Source: Candidatus Daviesbacteria bacterium (GTDB taxonomy: Bacteria > Patescibacteriota > Microgenomatia > Daviesbacterales > UBA10151). From it: 64,000 bases of DNA. The notes beneath the pieces were generated by a model. The model made no database searches and was not told the DNA's origin. It saw only the letters and a list, made by a program, of their open reading frames with translations. Positions within the stretch are counted from its first letter, which is position 1, and every line of letters begins with the position of its first letter. Shown here piece by piece: positions 1 to 8,213 of the stretch. The DNA is taken from contig JAQTZF010000001.1 in NCBI GenBank assembly GCA_028687915.1, forward strand, positions 354,634-418,633. The letters run 5' to 3'. Position numbers and translations under genes: made by a program.

Positions 1-258
1 TTTGTAACTAATAAAGAATCTAGCACAGAAGATGTAGATCTTCTGGTAGTAGGGCAAATTGTTTTACCAGAGCTACAATCAATTGTTTCTGATGAACAGG
101 CTAAAAGAGAGGCTGAAATAAATTATTCATTTATGGATGAAGCTGAATTTAATTTTAGAGTTAAACGTCGAGATCCATTTATCTTAAAAGTAATTACTCA
201 GCCTAAGATAATGATTTTAGGTGATGAAGAAGAAATGTTGTCTGGAATGAAATTCTAA
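1..258 (+). CDS. 3' end of an upstream gene of unknown function, truncated by the window edge. Its stop overlaps the secD ATG (TAATG).
   Basis: Open frame 1..258 ending in ...LSGMKF*. No recognisable motif. Confidence 0.3.
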   Translation, partial: FVTNKESSTEDVDLLVVGQIVLPELQSIVSDEQAKREAEINYSFMDEAEFNFRVKRRDPFILKVITQPKIMILGDEEEMLSGMKF

Positions 259-1643
259 TGAAATCCCGCTTTGCCCTTTGGTCTATTGTTGTTTTTACAT
301 TGGTGGCTATTATAGTCAATCTTCCTTCTGTTAATAATTTACCAAATCAGGTTGGAGGACTTAATCTGCGCTTTTTAAAAAATAATAACCTTATCATACC
401 CTTTTTTGGACGCAATCTGGATTTAAACTTTTTATCACCTGTTAATTTAACTGGTAAATTTCCTATTAAATTAGGTTTAGATCTTCAGGGTGGTACAGAG
501 TTGATTTTGCAAACAGATATGTCAAAAATTAATGCTGCAGACCGGGACAATGCTCTGGAATCAGCACGTCAGGTTATTGAAAGAAGAGTTAACTTATATG
601 GTGTTTCTGAAAGTGTGGTTCAATCCTCTAAACTGGGTGAGCAAAGAAGGATTTTAGTCGAGTTACCAGGTGTTAAAGATTCATCATCTGCTGCTAATCT
701 TGTTGGAAAAACCGCGCTTTTAGAATTTAGAGAAATTCCAGCCAGTGCTGCAGCTGAGGCAAGTAAATCAGGGATCCCTATTTTAGCTTTTGCACAACCT
801 ACAGGATTAACTGGGGCAGATTTAAAAAAAGCCAGTGTGACTTTTGGGGGGAGTGGTGCAAAATCAGGTCCACAAGTTTCAATTGAATTTACAGATATCG
901 GTGCACAAAAATTTGGTGAAATTACCAAGCGAAATGTGGGTAAGCCTTTAGCAATATTTTTAGATGGATCTCCAATAGAGGTGCCTATTGTTGAAAGTGA
1001 GATTTTAGGTGGAAGAGCTCAAATATCTGGTAATTTTACTGCCCAAACAGCCAAGGAATTAAGTATTCAATTAAACGCGGGAGCATTACCTGTACCAATT
1101 GAAATAATAAAACAACAATCGATAGGAGCAGCTTTAGGTAACGAATCAGTCCAAAAAAGTTTATTGGCAGGCTTTATTGGAATTACAACAGTTGCTATTT
1201 TTATGGTAGCTTATTATGGAATTTATGGATTATTAGCTGACTTGGCACTGATTATTTATTCTTTATTGGTTTTAGCAATTTTTAGAACCGGTTTATTTTT
1301 AATACCTCCTGTTACCTTAACTTTGGCAGGTATTGCCGGATTTATTCTATCAATTGGGATGGCAGTGGATGCTAATATTTTAACATTTGAAAGAATGAAG
1401 GAAGAACTAAGGTCTGGAAAAACTGGGAAATTGGCTTTGGAAACAGGCTTTAACCGGGCCTGGACTTCAATCAGAGACTCTAACGTCTCATCACTCATTA
1501 CAGCTACTATTTTATATATGTTTGGAACAAGCGTGGTAAAAGGATTTGCTCTAACTTTAGCTATTGGAGTTTTAGTCTCTATGTTTTCAGCAATTGTAGT
1601 TACAAGAACAATTTTAAGAATGTTACCTAGATTTAAGAGATGA
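258..1643 (+). CDS. secD: Protein-export membrane protein SecD
   Basis: N-terminal TM segment, large periplasmic domain, then C-terminal multi-TM bundle with the typical SecD layout. SecF lies nearby. Confidence 0.85.
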   Translation: MKSRFALWSIVVFTLVAIIVNLPSVNNLPNQVGGLNLRFLKNNNLIIPFFGRNLDLNFLSPVNLTGKFPIKLGLDLQGGTELILQTDMSKINAADRDNALESARQVIERRVNLYGVSESVVQSSKLGEQRRILVELPGVKDSSSAANLVGKTALLEFREIPASAAAEASKSGIPILAFAQPTGLTGADLKKASVTFGGSGAKSGPQVSIEFTDIGAQKFGEITKRNVGKPLAIFLDGSPIEVPIVESEILGGRAQISGNFTAQTAKELSIQLNAGALPVPIEIIKQQSIGAALGNESVQKSLLAGFIGITTVAIFMVAYYGIYGLLADLALIIYSLLVLAIFRTGLFLIPPVTLTLAGIAGFILSIGMAVDANILTFERMKEELRSGKTGKLALETGFNRAWTSIRDSNVSSLITATILYMFGTSVVKGFALTLAIGVLVSMFSAIVVTRTILRMLPRFKR

Positions 1644-2518
1644 AATTTTTAGCTAAAAAACCACATTATGAATATTTAAGAAAAAAATGGATTGCTAAGC
1701 ATAAAGCTTCATCAGAGAAATTCTTAACTAATAATTCAGCCTCACTTCGCAAGATGGCTATTGGAGGTTTGGGTGGGTTATTGTTATTAACAACTCCTGG
1801 TATGGCATCAGGAGTCCCTTCTTCTAACATCCAAAACCAATCAGGAATTGAAAGTACGGAAGATAAGAATGCTATATTAGCTGCTGCTTTAAAAGCAGAT
1901 ATTCCAAAAGATAATAGTAATCTTACACCAGAAGAGGAGGTAAAAATTCAAAGTATTTTATCAGAACATTTAGGAATTAATGTTAAAGCAGAGCTAGAAG
2001 GGATAAGATTAAATAGGACTTATGGTGTAATTGGTGGTGAACAACACTTATATCGTTATCCTGGTGATAACTTATATAAACATGCCGATAATGCAGCTGA
2101 TTCTGCTATGTATATTCCAGCTGGTATTGCACCGGGACTTGGAGCTTGGGGTTATTTTGCTTCATCAGAGTCAGCTTTTACTGAAAAAGAAAAACAGGAA
2201 GAAAAATATTATTTGGCAGTTCAAACTTTTTTAGTACCAGGTTATGCTGAAAATGTTAAAAAGTATTCAACATTCTTTAAACATCGTAAGATGGTAGTAG
2301 TAAATCCTAAAACTGGTCAGGCAGTGGTGGCAGTAATAGGGGATGCAGGTCCATCACCATGGACAGGAAAGCATTTAGGTGGTTCACCAGAAGTAATGCA
2401 GGAAGTAGGGTTGGCAGGTGGTCCAAGAAAAGGTCCTGTGCTTTACTTCTTTATTGATGACGCGCAAAATGAAGTACCGCTTGGGCCAATCAAAGTAAGA
2501 AAAGGAGGATTAAATTAA
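1640..2518 (+). CDS. Membrane-anchored protein with a C-terminal RlpA-like double-psi beta-barrel (3D/DPBB) domain, a putative lytic-transglycosylase-like cell-wall protein
   Basis: One TM helix (MAIGGLGGLLLLTTPGMASG). C-terminal 'VVVNPKTGQAVVAVIGDAGPSPWTGKHLGGSPEVMQEVGL' matches the RlpA pattern VxVxNxxNGxxVVVRIxDRGPfxxGRiiDLSxxAAxxLG. ATG overlaps the secD stop (ATGA). Confidence 0.45.
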   Translation: MKFLAKKPHYEYLRKKWIAKHKASSEKFLTNNSASLRKMAIGGLGGLLLLTTPGMASGVPSSNIQNQSGIESTEDKNAILAAALKADIPKDNSNLTPEEEVKIQSILSEHLGINVKAELEGIRLNRTYGVIGGEQHLYRYPGDNLYKHADNAADSAMYIPAGIAPGLGAWGYFASSESAFTEKEKQEEKYYLAVQTFLVPGYAENVKKYSTFFKHRKMVVVNPKTGQAVVAVIGDAGPSPWTGKHLGGSPEVMQEVGLAGGPRKGPVLYFFIDDAQNEVPLGPIKVRKGGLN

Positions 2519-2520
2519 TT

Positions 2521-2853
2521 ATGAAATATTTTTATTCGCATTTAGTTGCTATTGAAACAATAACAGAAAAATTAGATGAGTTAGATATGACAGATTCTCA
2601 AAGAAAACACTTAGCAGAGCTGATTGATTCAACAATTCATCAAGAAGTTTTAGACATCATTTTTTCAAGATTAAATGAAACAGATAAGTTATTATTTATT
2701 GAGCAACTTAAGAATGATCCATCTAATCCAGAGATTATTAAATTATTAAATGAAAAAGCTGGAGATATAGAGAGCGAGATAAAAGAAGCTGTGGTAAAGA
2801 TTAAAAAAGAATTGCATGAGGATGTAGAAACAGCAAAAAGGGGAGGGGAATAA
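2521..2853 (+). CDS. Hypothetical cytoplasmic helical acidic protein, 110 aa
   Basis: ORF tightly packed between 1640..2518 and secF. No motif recognised. Confidence 0.4.
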   Translation: MKYFYSHLVAIETITEKLDELDMTDSQRKHLAELIDSTIHQEVLDIIFSRLNETDKLLFIEQLKNDPSNPEIIKLLNEKAGDIESEIKEAVVKIKKELHEDVETAKRGGE

Positions 2854-2854
2854 A

Positions 2855-3742
2855 ATGATTAATTTAATGGGAAAAAAATGGTGGTTCTTTATACTGTCTA
2901 CCATCATAATTATTCCTGGTATTATTTCTTTATTTGTTTATGGATTAAATTTAGGAATAGACTTTACTGGTGGAGCGCTTTTGGAATATAATTTTCAGCA
3001 ACCTGTTGATAAGGAACAATTAAAGGAGAATATAAAATCTGCAAATGTAGATGTGTCAGTTATTACAAACTCAGGACCAAGTACTTATATTGTAAAAACA
3101 AAACCTATAAACCAAAATCAGATAAATAAAATTAAAGAGGTTTTATCTCAAAAATATCCCAAGGTGAGTGAGGAGAGAGTTGAAAATATTGGTCCTTCAA
3201 TAGGAGCAGAAACTACCAAAAACGCTTTTATTGCGGTTGTTGTGGCCTCAATAATGATTATCCTTTATTTAGCGATTTCTTTTAGGAAAGTTCCGAAACC
3301 TGCATCTTCATGGAGATTTGGAATAACAGCAGTTGCTGCGCTTTTACATGATGTTTTACTCGTAGTGGGAGTATTTTCTATTTTAGGACATTTTTTAAAT
3401 GTTGAAATTGATGTTTTATTTGTGACAGCAATCTTAACAGTAATTGGTTTTTCTGTTCATGACACTATTGTTGTTTTTGATAGGATCAGAGAAAATTTGC
3501 CTAAAAATTTATCTAAAAGTTTTACAGAAATTGCGAATATTTCTATCACACAAACATTAGCCAGATCACTAAACACTTCTTTAACAGTGATATTGGTGCT
3601 TTTGGCAATGTTACTTTTTGGAGGAGATTCTATTAGATGGTTTATTGTTGCATTACTTATTGGAATTATTTCCGGAACTTATTCTTCTATCTTTAATGCT
3701 ACAGCGCTTCTAGTAGCCTGGGAAGAAAAATTAGGACATTAA
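2855..3742 (+). CDS. secF: Protein-export membrane protein SecF
   Basis: N-terminus 'LGIDFTGGALLEY' and a C-terminal 6-TM domain typical of SecF. Confidence 0.85.
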   Translation: MINLMGKKWWFFILSTIIIIPGIISLFVYGLNLGIDFTGGALLEYNFQQPVDKEQLKENIKSANVDVSVITNSGPSTYIVKTKPINQNQINKIKEVLSQKYPKVSEERVENIGPSIGAETTKNAFIAVVVASIMIILYLAISFRKVPKPASSWRFGITAVAALLHDVLLVVGVFSILGHFLNVEIDVLFVTAILTVIGFSVHDTIVVFDRIRENLPKNLSKSFTEIANISITQTLARSLNTSLTVILVLLAMLLFGGDSIRWFIVALLIGIISGTYSSIFNATALLVAWEEKLGH

Positions 3743-3747
3743 CTAAG

Positions 3748-5082
3748 TTAGTTTAAACTCTTAACTTTTTCCAGTAAATATTCTTTATTATTTTTAGTAT
3801 GATCTTCTAAAACTTCTTCAAAAAGTTTATTTAAAATCTCTCCAACTTTCTTACTAGGTGGAATATTTAAAGTATCCATTACATCCTGGCCATTTATTTT
3901 TAAATCAGAAATAGAAAATGGTTTAGTTAAAACTTGTTTTATCCTATCCTGGAATGCTTCCATTCTCCAGGAAACTGCCCTTTCTGTTCCTCCTCCTAAC
4001 CTGTCTCCTATCCGTAAAGCTATAGCATCATTGATATTTTCAAGTCCTACATTATTAATAAACCTTCTGATAGCAGAGTCTGTTTGATTTTCATCAACAC
4101 TAAACTGGTGCCATCTTACTAAACGAAATAACTTATCAGTTTGTTTTTTACTCATATTAAATCTTTTGGCGATTTGCAAAACTAACCTTGATCCCACAAC
4201 TTCATGATTATAAAAACTGACATTTCCGGTTTCATCTGTTTTAGCTGTTGCAGGTTTTCCTATATCATGAAGTAAAGCAGCAAGACGAACTAAAGGGTCT
4301 TCGGAGGGGATTGTCTTAAGAGAAAGAAGTGAGTGCTCTCCAATGTCATAAATTCTGTCATGTTTAGGTCCTTCTTGTGCAACACCAAAGCATGATTCTA
4401 TCTCTGGTAAAATAATTTGTAAAATCCCCGCTTCCCTTAGCTTTAGTATACCTATGTATGGATTCACTGATGCAAGGATTTGAAGTAATTCATCCCTTAC
4501 TCTTTCATGAGCGATTTCCTTAATTAGAAGAGCATCTTGCTGAATTGATTTAAAAGTTTCTTTTTCTATATCAAATCCCAGTTGAGTGGCAATTCTAACA
4601 GCACGCATCATTCGTAGGGCATCTTCTTTAAAACGGTTATTAGGATCTCCTACAGCTCGTACTAACGTATTCTTTATATCATTTTCACCTCCGTAGGGAT
4701 CAATAATATTACCAGTTTCATCTAATGCCATCGCGTTAATCGTAAAATCACGTCTAGCTAAATCTTCTTCAATTTTATTTGTCCAACCAACTTCTGTTGG
4801 GTGCCGGGAATCCTTATAAATTCCCTCTTTTCTCATTGTTGTAATTTCAAATGTTTGATCACCAATTGGAATACCAACTGTGCCAAACTTATTATCATAA
4901 AAAGCATCAGCAAAGAGTTTTAATACATCTTCTGGTTGAGCATCAGTAGTAAAGTCCCAATCATGGACTGTTCTGTTCATAAAAAGATCACGCACTGCTC
5001 CTCCGACAATATAGATTTTAAAGCTGGTACTCTTAAATTTTTCTAAAATATCATTTACACTTTCTGGTAGTAAGTAAGTCAT
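3748..5082 (-). CDS. cca: CCA-adding tRNA nucleotidyltransferase / poly(A) polymerase family protein with HD domain
   Basis: 'IYIVGGAVRDLFMNRTVHDWDFTT' is the Pol-beta NTase head domain GGxVRD..D.D. C-terminal 'LHDIGK' is an HD motif. Confidence 0.8.
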   Translation of the reverse strand: MTYLLPESVNDILEKFKSTSFKIYIVGGAVRDLFMNRTVHDWDFTTDAQPEDVLKLFADAFYDNKFGTVGIPIGDQTFEITTMRKEGIYKDSRHPTEVGWTNKIEEDLARRDFTINAMALDETGNIIDPYGGENDIKNTLVRAVGDPNNRFKEDALRMMRAVRIATQLGFDIEKETFKSIQQDALLIKEIAHERVRDELLQILASVNPYIGILKLREAGILQIILPEIESCFGVAQEGPKHDRIYDIGEHSLLSLKTIPSEDPLVRLAALLHDIGKPATAKTDETGNVSFYNHEVVGSRLVLQIAKRFNMSKKQTDKLFRLVRWHQFSVDENQTDSAIRRFINNVGLENINDAIALRIGDRLGGGTERAVSWRMEAFQDRIKQVLTKPFSISDLKINGQDVMDTLNIPPSKKVGEILNKLFEEVLEDHTKNNKEYLLEKVKSLN

Positions 5083-5136
5083 GGACTTATTGTAAGGCCC
5101 AGCAGGATTTGGAGCAAGAATGGTTTTGCGAATAGA

Positions 5137-5781
5137 TTATTTTCTTTTTTTGAAATTATTGAAAATAAATATCCCGATAATAAAAATACCGTTGAGTAAG
5201 TATACTAAACCAAGATTTGAGGCGGTAAATATGAGAGGATTATTGGTTTGAGATGCTAGTTGATACCAAATGAAAGTTCCTGGAATGCTAGCTAATGTAG
5301 AAATTATTAAATATGGATAAAACTTTATTAATGTTAAACCAGCAGCATACGAGACAACATCGTGTTCGCCTCCTAAAAATAATCGAGTGATAAACAGATA
5401 AGGTAATCCATAATTGATTGTCAATCTATCTACCCTATTCATTGTTTTTTTTCCAGCAAATTTTTCTACCAAAGATCGTCCCCAAATTCGGGCAATCCAG
5501 AAATTAATAATTGAGGCAATAAAGGACGTGGTAAAAGAGAGGAAAATAATATCTTTTCCATAAAGGTAAAATCCAACATATAGAAATGGAGAGCTGCTGA
5601 TAGGAGCAATAATATATGTCAAAAGCATCAATAGAAATAGAAGTAAAGGTGCGAAAATTCCACTACTAGTTACAATAGTTCTAATTGTTTCTTCTGGAAT
5701 TGATCTTCCAATGAGATAAATTCCACCAAAAAGGATGATAAATATAAGAATTGGGAGATATTTAGAGTGTAGGTACTTCAT
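5137..5781 (-). CDS. TVP38/TMEM64 (DedA/SNARE-associated) family membrane protein
   Basis: Multi-TM with 'LFLGGEHDVVSYAAGL' characteristic of the DedA/VTT family. The ORF-track start at 5862 is a TTG that overlaps recJ, so the first ATG (MKYLHSKY...) at 5781 is preferred. Confidence 0.55.
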   Translation of the reverse strand: MKYLHSKYLPILIFIILFGGIYLIGRSIPEETIRTIVTSSGIFAPLLLFLLMLLTYIIAPISSSPFLYVGFYLYGKDIIFLSFTTSFIASIINFWIARIWGRSLVEKFAGKKTMNRVDRLTINYGLPYLFITRLFLGGEHDVVSYAAGLTLIKFYPYLIISTLASIPGTFIWYQLASQTNNPLIFTASNLGLVYLLNGIFIIGIFIFNNFKKRK

Positions 5782-5801
5782 TGCTTCATTATATATTAAA
5801 C

Positions 5802-7412
5802 ATGGTACAATCTCTTGGTATGAAAACCTGGAAAATTGCCCCACAAAAATTTGATGATCCAATAAAGCAGCTACTTTATAATCGTGGTATTAAAACAGAA
5901 ATAGAAGTTAATAAATTTTTTCATCCAAAATTAGAAAACTTTGAAAAAGATTTTAAAATTGCAGGATTAGAAAAGGCTAAAAAAAGAATTTTAGATGCTA
6001 TTAAAAATGATGAGTTGATTGTAGTTTTTGGGGATTATGATGCTGATGGAGTTTGCTCACTTGCTGTTATGTATTATGCAATAACAGAACTGGGCGGAAA
6101 ATTTTTGCCCTATATCCCCCACCGTGATAAAGAAGGTTATGGATTATCGAAAGTTGGATTAGATTATGCAAAAGAGCAGGGGGCAGGATTAGTAATTACT
6201 GTTGATAATGGAATTGTGGCACTGGAGCAAGCAAAATACGCAAAAGAGATAGGATTAGATTTAATTATTACTGATCATCATTTACCACAAGACACTTTAC
6301 CAGGTGCATATGCCATAGTTCATTCAACTACTTTTTGCGGCGCGGGAGTGGCTTGGTGTTTAGTAAGAACTATGGTTGAAGAAAGCTTAAGTAATAATTT
6401 ATTAGATATTGTAGCTATTGCTACTGTATGTGATATGGTGCCATTAATTGGAGTAAACAGGTTTCTGGTTAAAGAGGGTTTGAAAAAACTAAATCATACA
6501 ACTAAAGCAGGCTTAATTGCTTTAATAATTGAATCGGGTTTAACTAAGGGAGAAATTGCTACCTACCATATAGGTCATATAATTGGACCAAGAATTAATG
6601 CTTTAGGAAGAATAGATCATGCTATGGATTCACTTAGGTTACTTTGTACTAAAGATTCTACAAAAGCTAGAACAATTGCAAAGCATTTATCGGAAGCAAA
6701 TGAACAGAAAAAACTTTTAACTATTGAAGCAATATATGAGGCAAAAGAAATTATAAATCAAACAGATAAACAAAAAAAGATTATTATTGTTCATTCAGAA
6801 AAATGGATCGCTGGAATTATGGGGTTAGTTGCAGGAAGGCTTGTAGAAGAATATGCAGTGCCGGTGATTGCTATTTCATGCGAAACTGGAATTGCTAAAG
6901 GTTCTGCCAGATCAACTAATGATGTAAATATTGTGGAAGTAATTAGGAAATGTGATGATTTATTGATTGCTGTTGGGGGTCATCCAAAAGCTGCTGGGTT
7001 TTCTATTGAAACAGAAAAAATTGGAGAGTTTAGACAAAGAATGGAAGAGCTATTGGAAAATGGGGGAGTCATATCTGAGGGAGAAGTGGTAAATATAGAT
7101 GCAATACTCGCACCAAAACAAATAACTAAAAAACTTATTAGTGATTTAGATGAATTTGAACCAACAGGGGTAGAAAATCCTAAGCCACTACTCGCTTCTT
7201 TAAATATTCCTGTTTCTGATATAAAGACAGTAGGTCAGGGGAAACATCTAAAGTTTAAGGCTGCAGGTCTAGATGCAATTGCTTTTGGAATGGGTGAAAT
7301 ATCAGATCAAATTAAAAATGGGCAGGAGATAAATGTAGCATATCAACTAGAGCTTAATACTTTTAATGGTACAGAAAAACTACAGCTTAAAGTTGTAGAC
7401 CTCAAGCTGTAG
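5802..7412 (+). CDS. recJ: Single-stranded-DNA-specific exonuclease RecJ
   Basis: DHH phosphoesterase motifs 'VVFGDYDADG' and 'IITDHHLP', plus a DHHA1 C-terminal region. The track start 5781 is TTG; the first ATG (MVQSLGMK) is at 5802. Start is uncertain. Confidence 0.8.
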   Translation: MVQSLGMKTWKIAPQKFDDPIKQLLYNRGIKTEIEVNKFFHPKLENFEKDFKIAGLEKAKKRILDAIKNDELIVVFGDYDADGVCSLAVMYYAITELGGKFLPYIPHRDKEGYGLSKVGLDYAKEQGAGLVITVDNGIVALEQAKYAKEIGLDLIITDHHLPQDTLPGAYAIVHSTTFCGAGVAWCLVRTMVEESLSNNLLDIVAIATVCDMVPLIGVNRFLVKEGLKKLNHTTKAGLIALIIESGLTKGEIATYHIGHIIGPRINALGRIDHAMDSLRLLCTKDSTKARTIAKHLSEANEQKKLLTIEAIYEAKEIINQTDKQKKIIIVHSEKWIAGIMGLVAGRLVEEYAVPVIAISCETGIAKGSARSTNDVNIVEVIRKCDDLLIAVGGHPKAAGFSIETEKIGEFRQRMEELLENGGVISEGEVVNIDAILAPKQITKKLISDLDEFEPTGVENPKPLLASLNIPVSDIKTVGQGKHLKFKAAGLDAIAFGMGEISDQIKNGQEINVAYQLELNTFNGTEKLQLKVVDLKL

Positions 7413-7425
7413 CTATCTATTTTTA

Positions 7426-7656
7426 TTATTCAGCACCAAACCAGCGTGCACGTAAAACAGCTCTTGCATGTGCGTCTGGATTACCTTTTCCTTCTGCTGC
7501 TGTTGCTATTGCTTCTGCAATTAGCCCGCTGAGTTCATCTGTTTTACCGCTTTTAGCTTCTTGGTCACAGTTAAATGCTATTTTTGAAGGAACACTATCT
7601 GTTGATGCTATGTAACCCATAACTCCACCGGGTAAAGTTTTAAATTCTCTGCTCAT
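7426..7656 (-). CDS. Small hypothetical protein, 76 aa, Gly/Ala-rich and hydrophilic
   Basis: Strong SD AAGGAGGTG 7 nt upstream of the ATG (minus strand). Visibly more GC-rich than its surroundings. No family recognised. Confidence 0.5.
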   Translation of the reverse strand: MSREFKTLPGGVMGYIASTDSVPSKIAFNCDQEAKSGKTDELSGLIAEAIATAAEGKGNPDAHARAVLRARWFGAE

Positions 7657-7659
7657 TTT

Positions 7660-7977
7660 TTACACCTCCTTTCTTATTTCGTTTTTAATTATTCCTGGAT
7701 ATTCTGGTGTTGGTAAACCGTTACCAAATATTAGACGCCCGCGTACCAGTCTACTATTTTCTAAAGGTATGTTTTTTGTTTGTGATTGAGACTGAGAGGG
7801 AATATCTAGATTTTGTCCAGATTCCCTTACTTCAAGCTCTCTATTTAATATTTCTTGTTCACTTATTGCCATAAAAAAACCTCTCATTTCTGAGAGGCCT
7901 CGTTCTGCATTTAGGTTTTTATTTTTCCTAAATGAGACCTCCCATAGGTACTCCAATGAGGACCAAGAGAAGGCCAA
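7660..7977 (-). CDS. Small hypothetical protein. The likely product is 70 aa starting at the internal ATG (7872, MAISEQEIL...); the upstream in-frame part (TTG start at 7977) is aromatic-rich and crosses a hairpin + U-run.
   Basis: On the minus strand, GGCCTCTCA-gaaa-TGAGAGG-UUUUUUU precedes ATGGCAATAAGT directly. The hairpin's 3' arm GAGAGG could act as the SD. Confidence 0.4.
   Translation of the reverse strand: MAFSWSSLEYLWEVSFRKNKNLNAERGLSEMRGFFMAISEQEILNRELEVRESGQNLDIPSQSQSQTKNIPLENSRLVRGRLIFGNGLPTPEYPGIIKNEIRKEV
7873..7897 (-). terminator. Hairpin (CCTCTCA/TGAGAGG) + 7-U run on the minus strand, ending immediately before the ATG at 7872. Possible 5' attenuator or terminator.
   Basis: Plus-strand sequence aaaaaaaCCTCTCAtttcTGAGAGG read directly. 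Confidence 0.45.
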
Positions 7978-8051
7978 GTAAAATAATATTAGTGTTAAAA
8001 ATATTTAATGAATTCATAACTAAAGAGCATTATAGGTCTCTATATTAACTA

Positions 8052-8080
8052 TTGTCAACAATAAGAATATTTGTTAATAT
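8052..8080 (+). promoter_or_regulatory. Sigma-70-like promoter TTGTCA-17-TAATAT
   Basis: Hexamers read directly. The predicted TSS falls ~7 nt downstream, at the ATG of the leader ORF (a leaderless mRNA). Confidence 0.45.
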
Positions 8081-8087
8081 ATTTGTT

Positions 8088-8156
8088 ATGCAAATAAAAA
8101 TGAATCGCTTTTATTTTTGGTTTACTTCCCATAAAGGGAGGAGCTTGACGTCTTAA
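8088..8156 (+). CDS. Putative leader peptide, MQIKMNRFYFWFTSHKGRSLTS (22 aa, or 18 aa from the second ATG at 8100)
   Basis: Short ORF immediately downstream of the promoter, rich in Phe/Tyr/Trp codons. Its 3' end covers segments 1 and 2 of the downstream attenuator. Confidence 0.3.
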   Translation: MQIKMNRFYFWFTSHKGRSLTS

Positions 8157-8213
8157 AAAGTCGAAAAACTTTTTAAACAGAAAGTATAACCTCCCACAAG
8201 GGAGGTTTTTTTT
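8126..8213 (+). promoter_or_regulatory. Transcription/translation attenuator with four segments: TTCCC (8126-8130), GGGAGG (8136-8141), CCTCCC (8190-8195), GGGAGG (8200-8205) + U8. Pairing 3:4 gives a terminator that sequesters the SD; pairing 2:3 gives an antiterminator.
   Basis: Complementarity read directly. The terminator hairpin CCTCCC-acaa-GGGAGG is followed by TTTTTTTT and then the ATG at 8214, so the only SD-like sequence for the NTase lies in the terminator 3' arm. Confidence 0.55.

Noticed and set aside
620-928. Antisense and internal ORFs inside real genes
   Set aside because: Examples are 620..928, 1256..1498, 2031..2234, 8557..8754, 14499..14861, 28097..28321, 34137..34499, 57516..57860 and 59397..59714. 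They are embedded in well-supported genes on the other strand or frame and have low-complexity or AT-driven composition.
5781-5862. Divergent ORFs (RecJ and DedA-like) overlapping by 82 nt at their 5' ends
   Set aside because: Both track starts are TTG codons. Using the first ATGs (5802 plus, 5781 minus) removes the overlap.
7426-7656. 76-aa protein as an alpha/beta-type SASP, gas-vesicle protein or bacteriocin
   Set aside because: It lacks the SASP KLEIASEFGV / GGEITKRLV motifs and the GvpA hydrophobic core. No leader/core architecture was seen.
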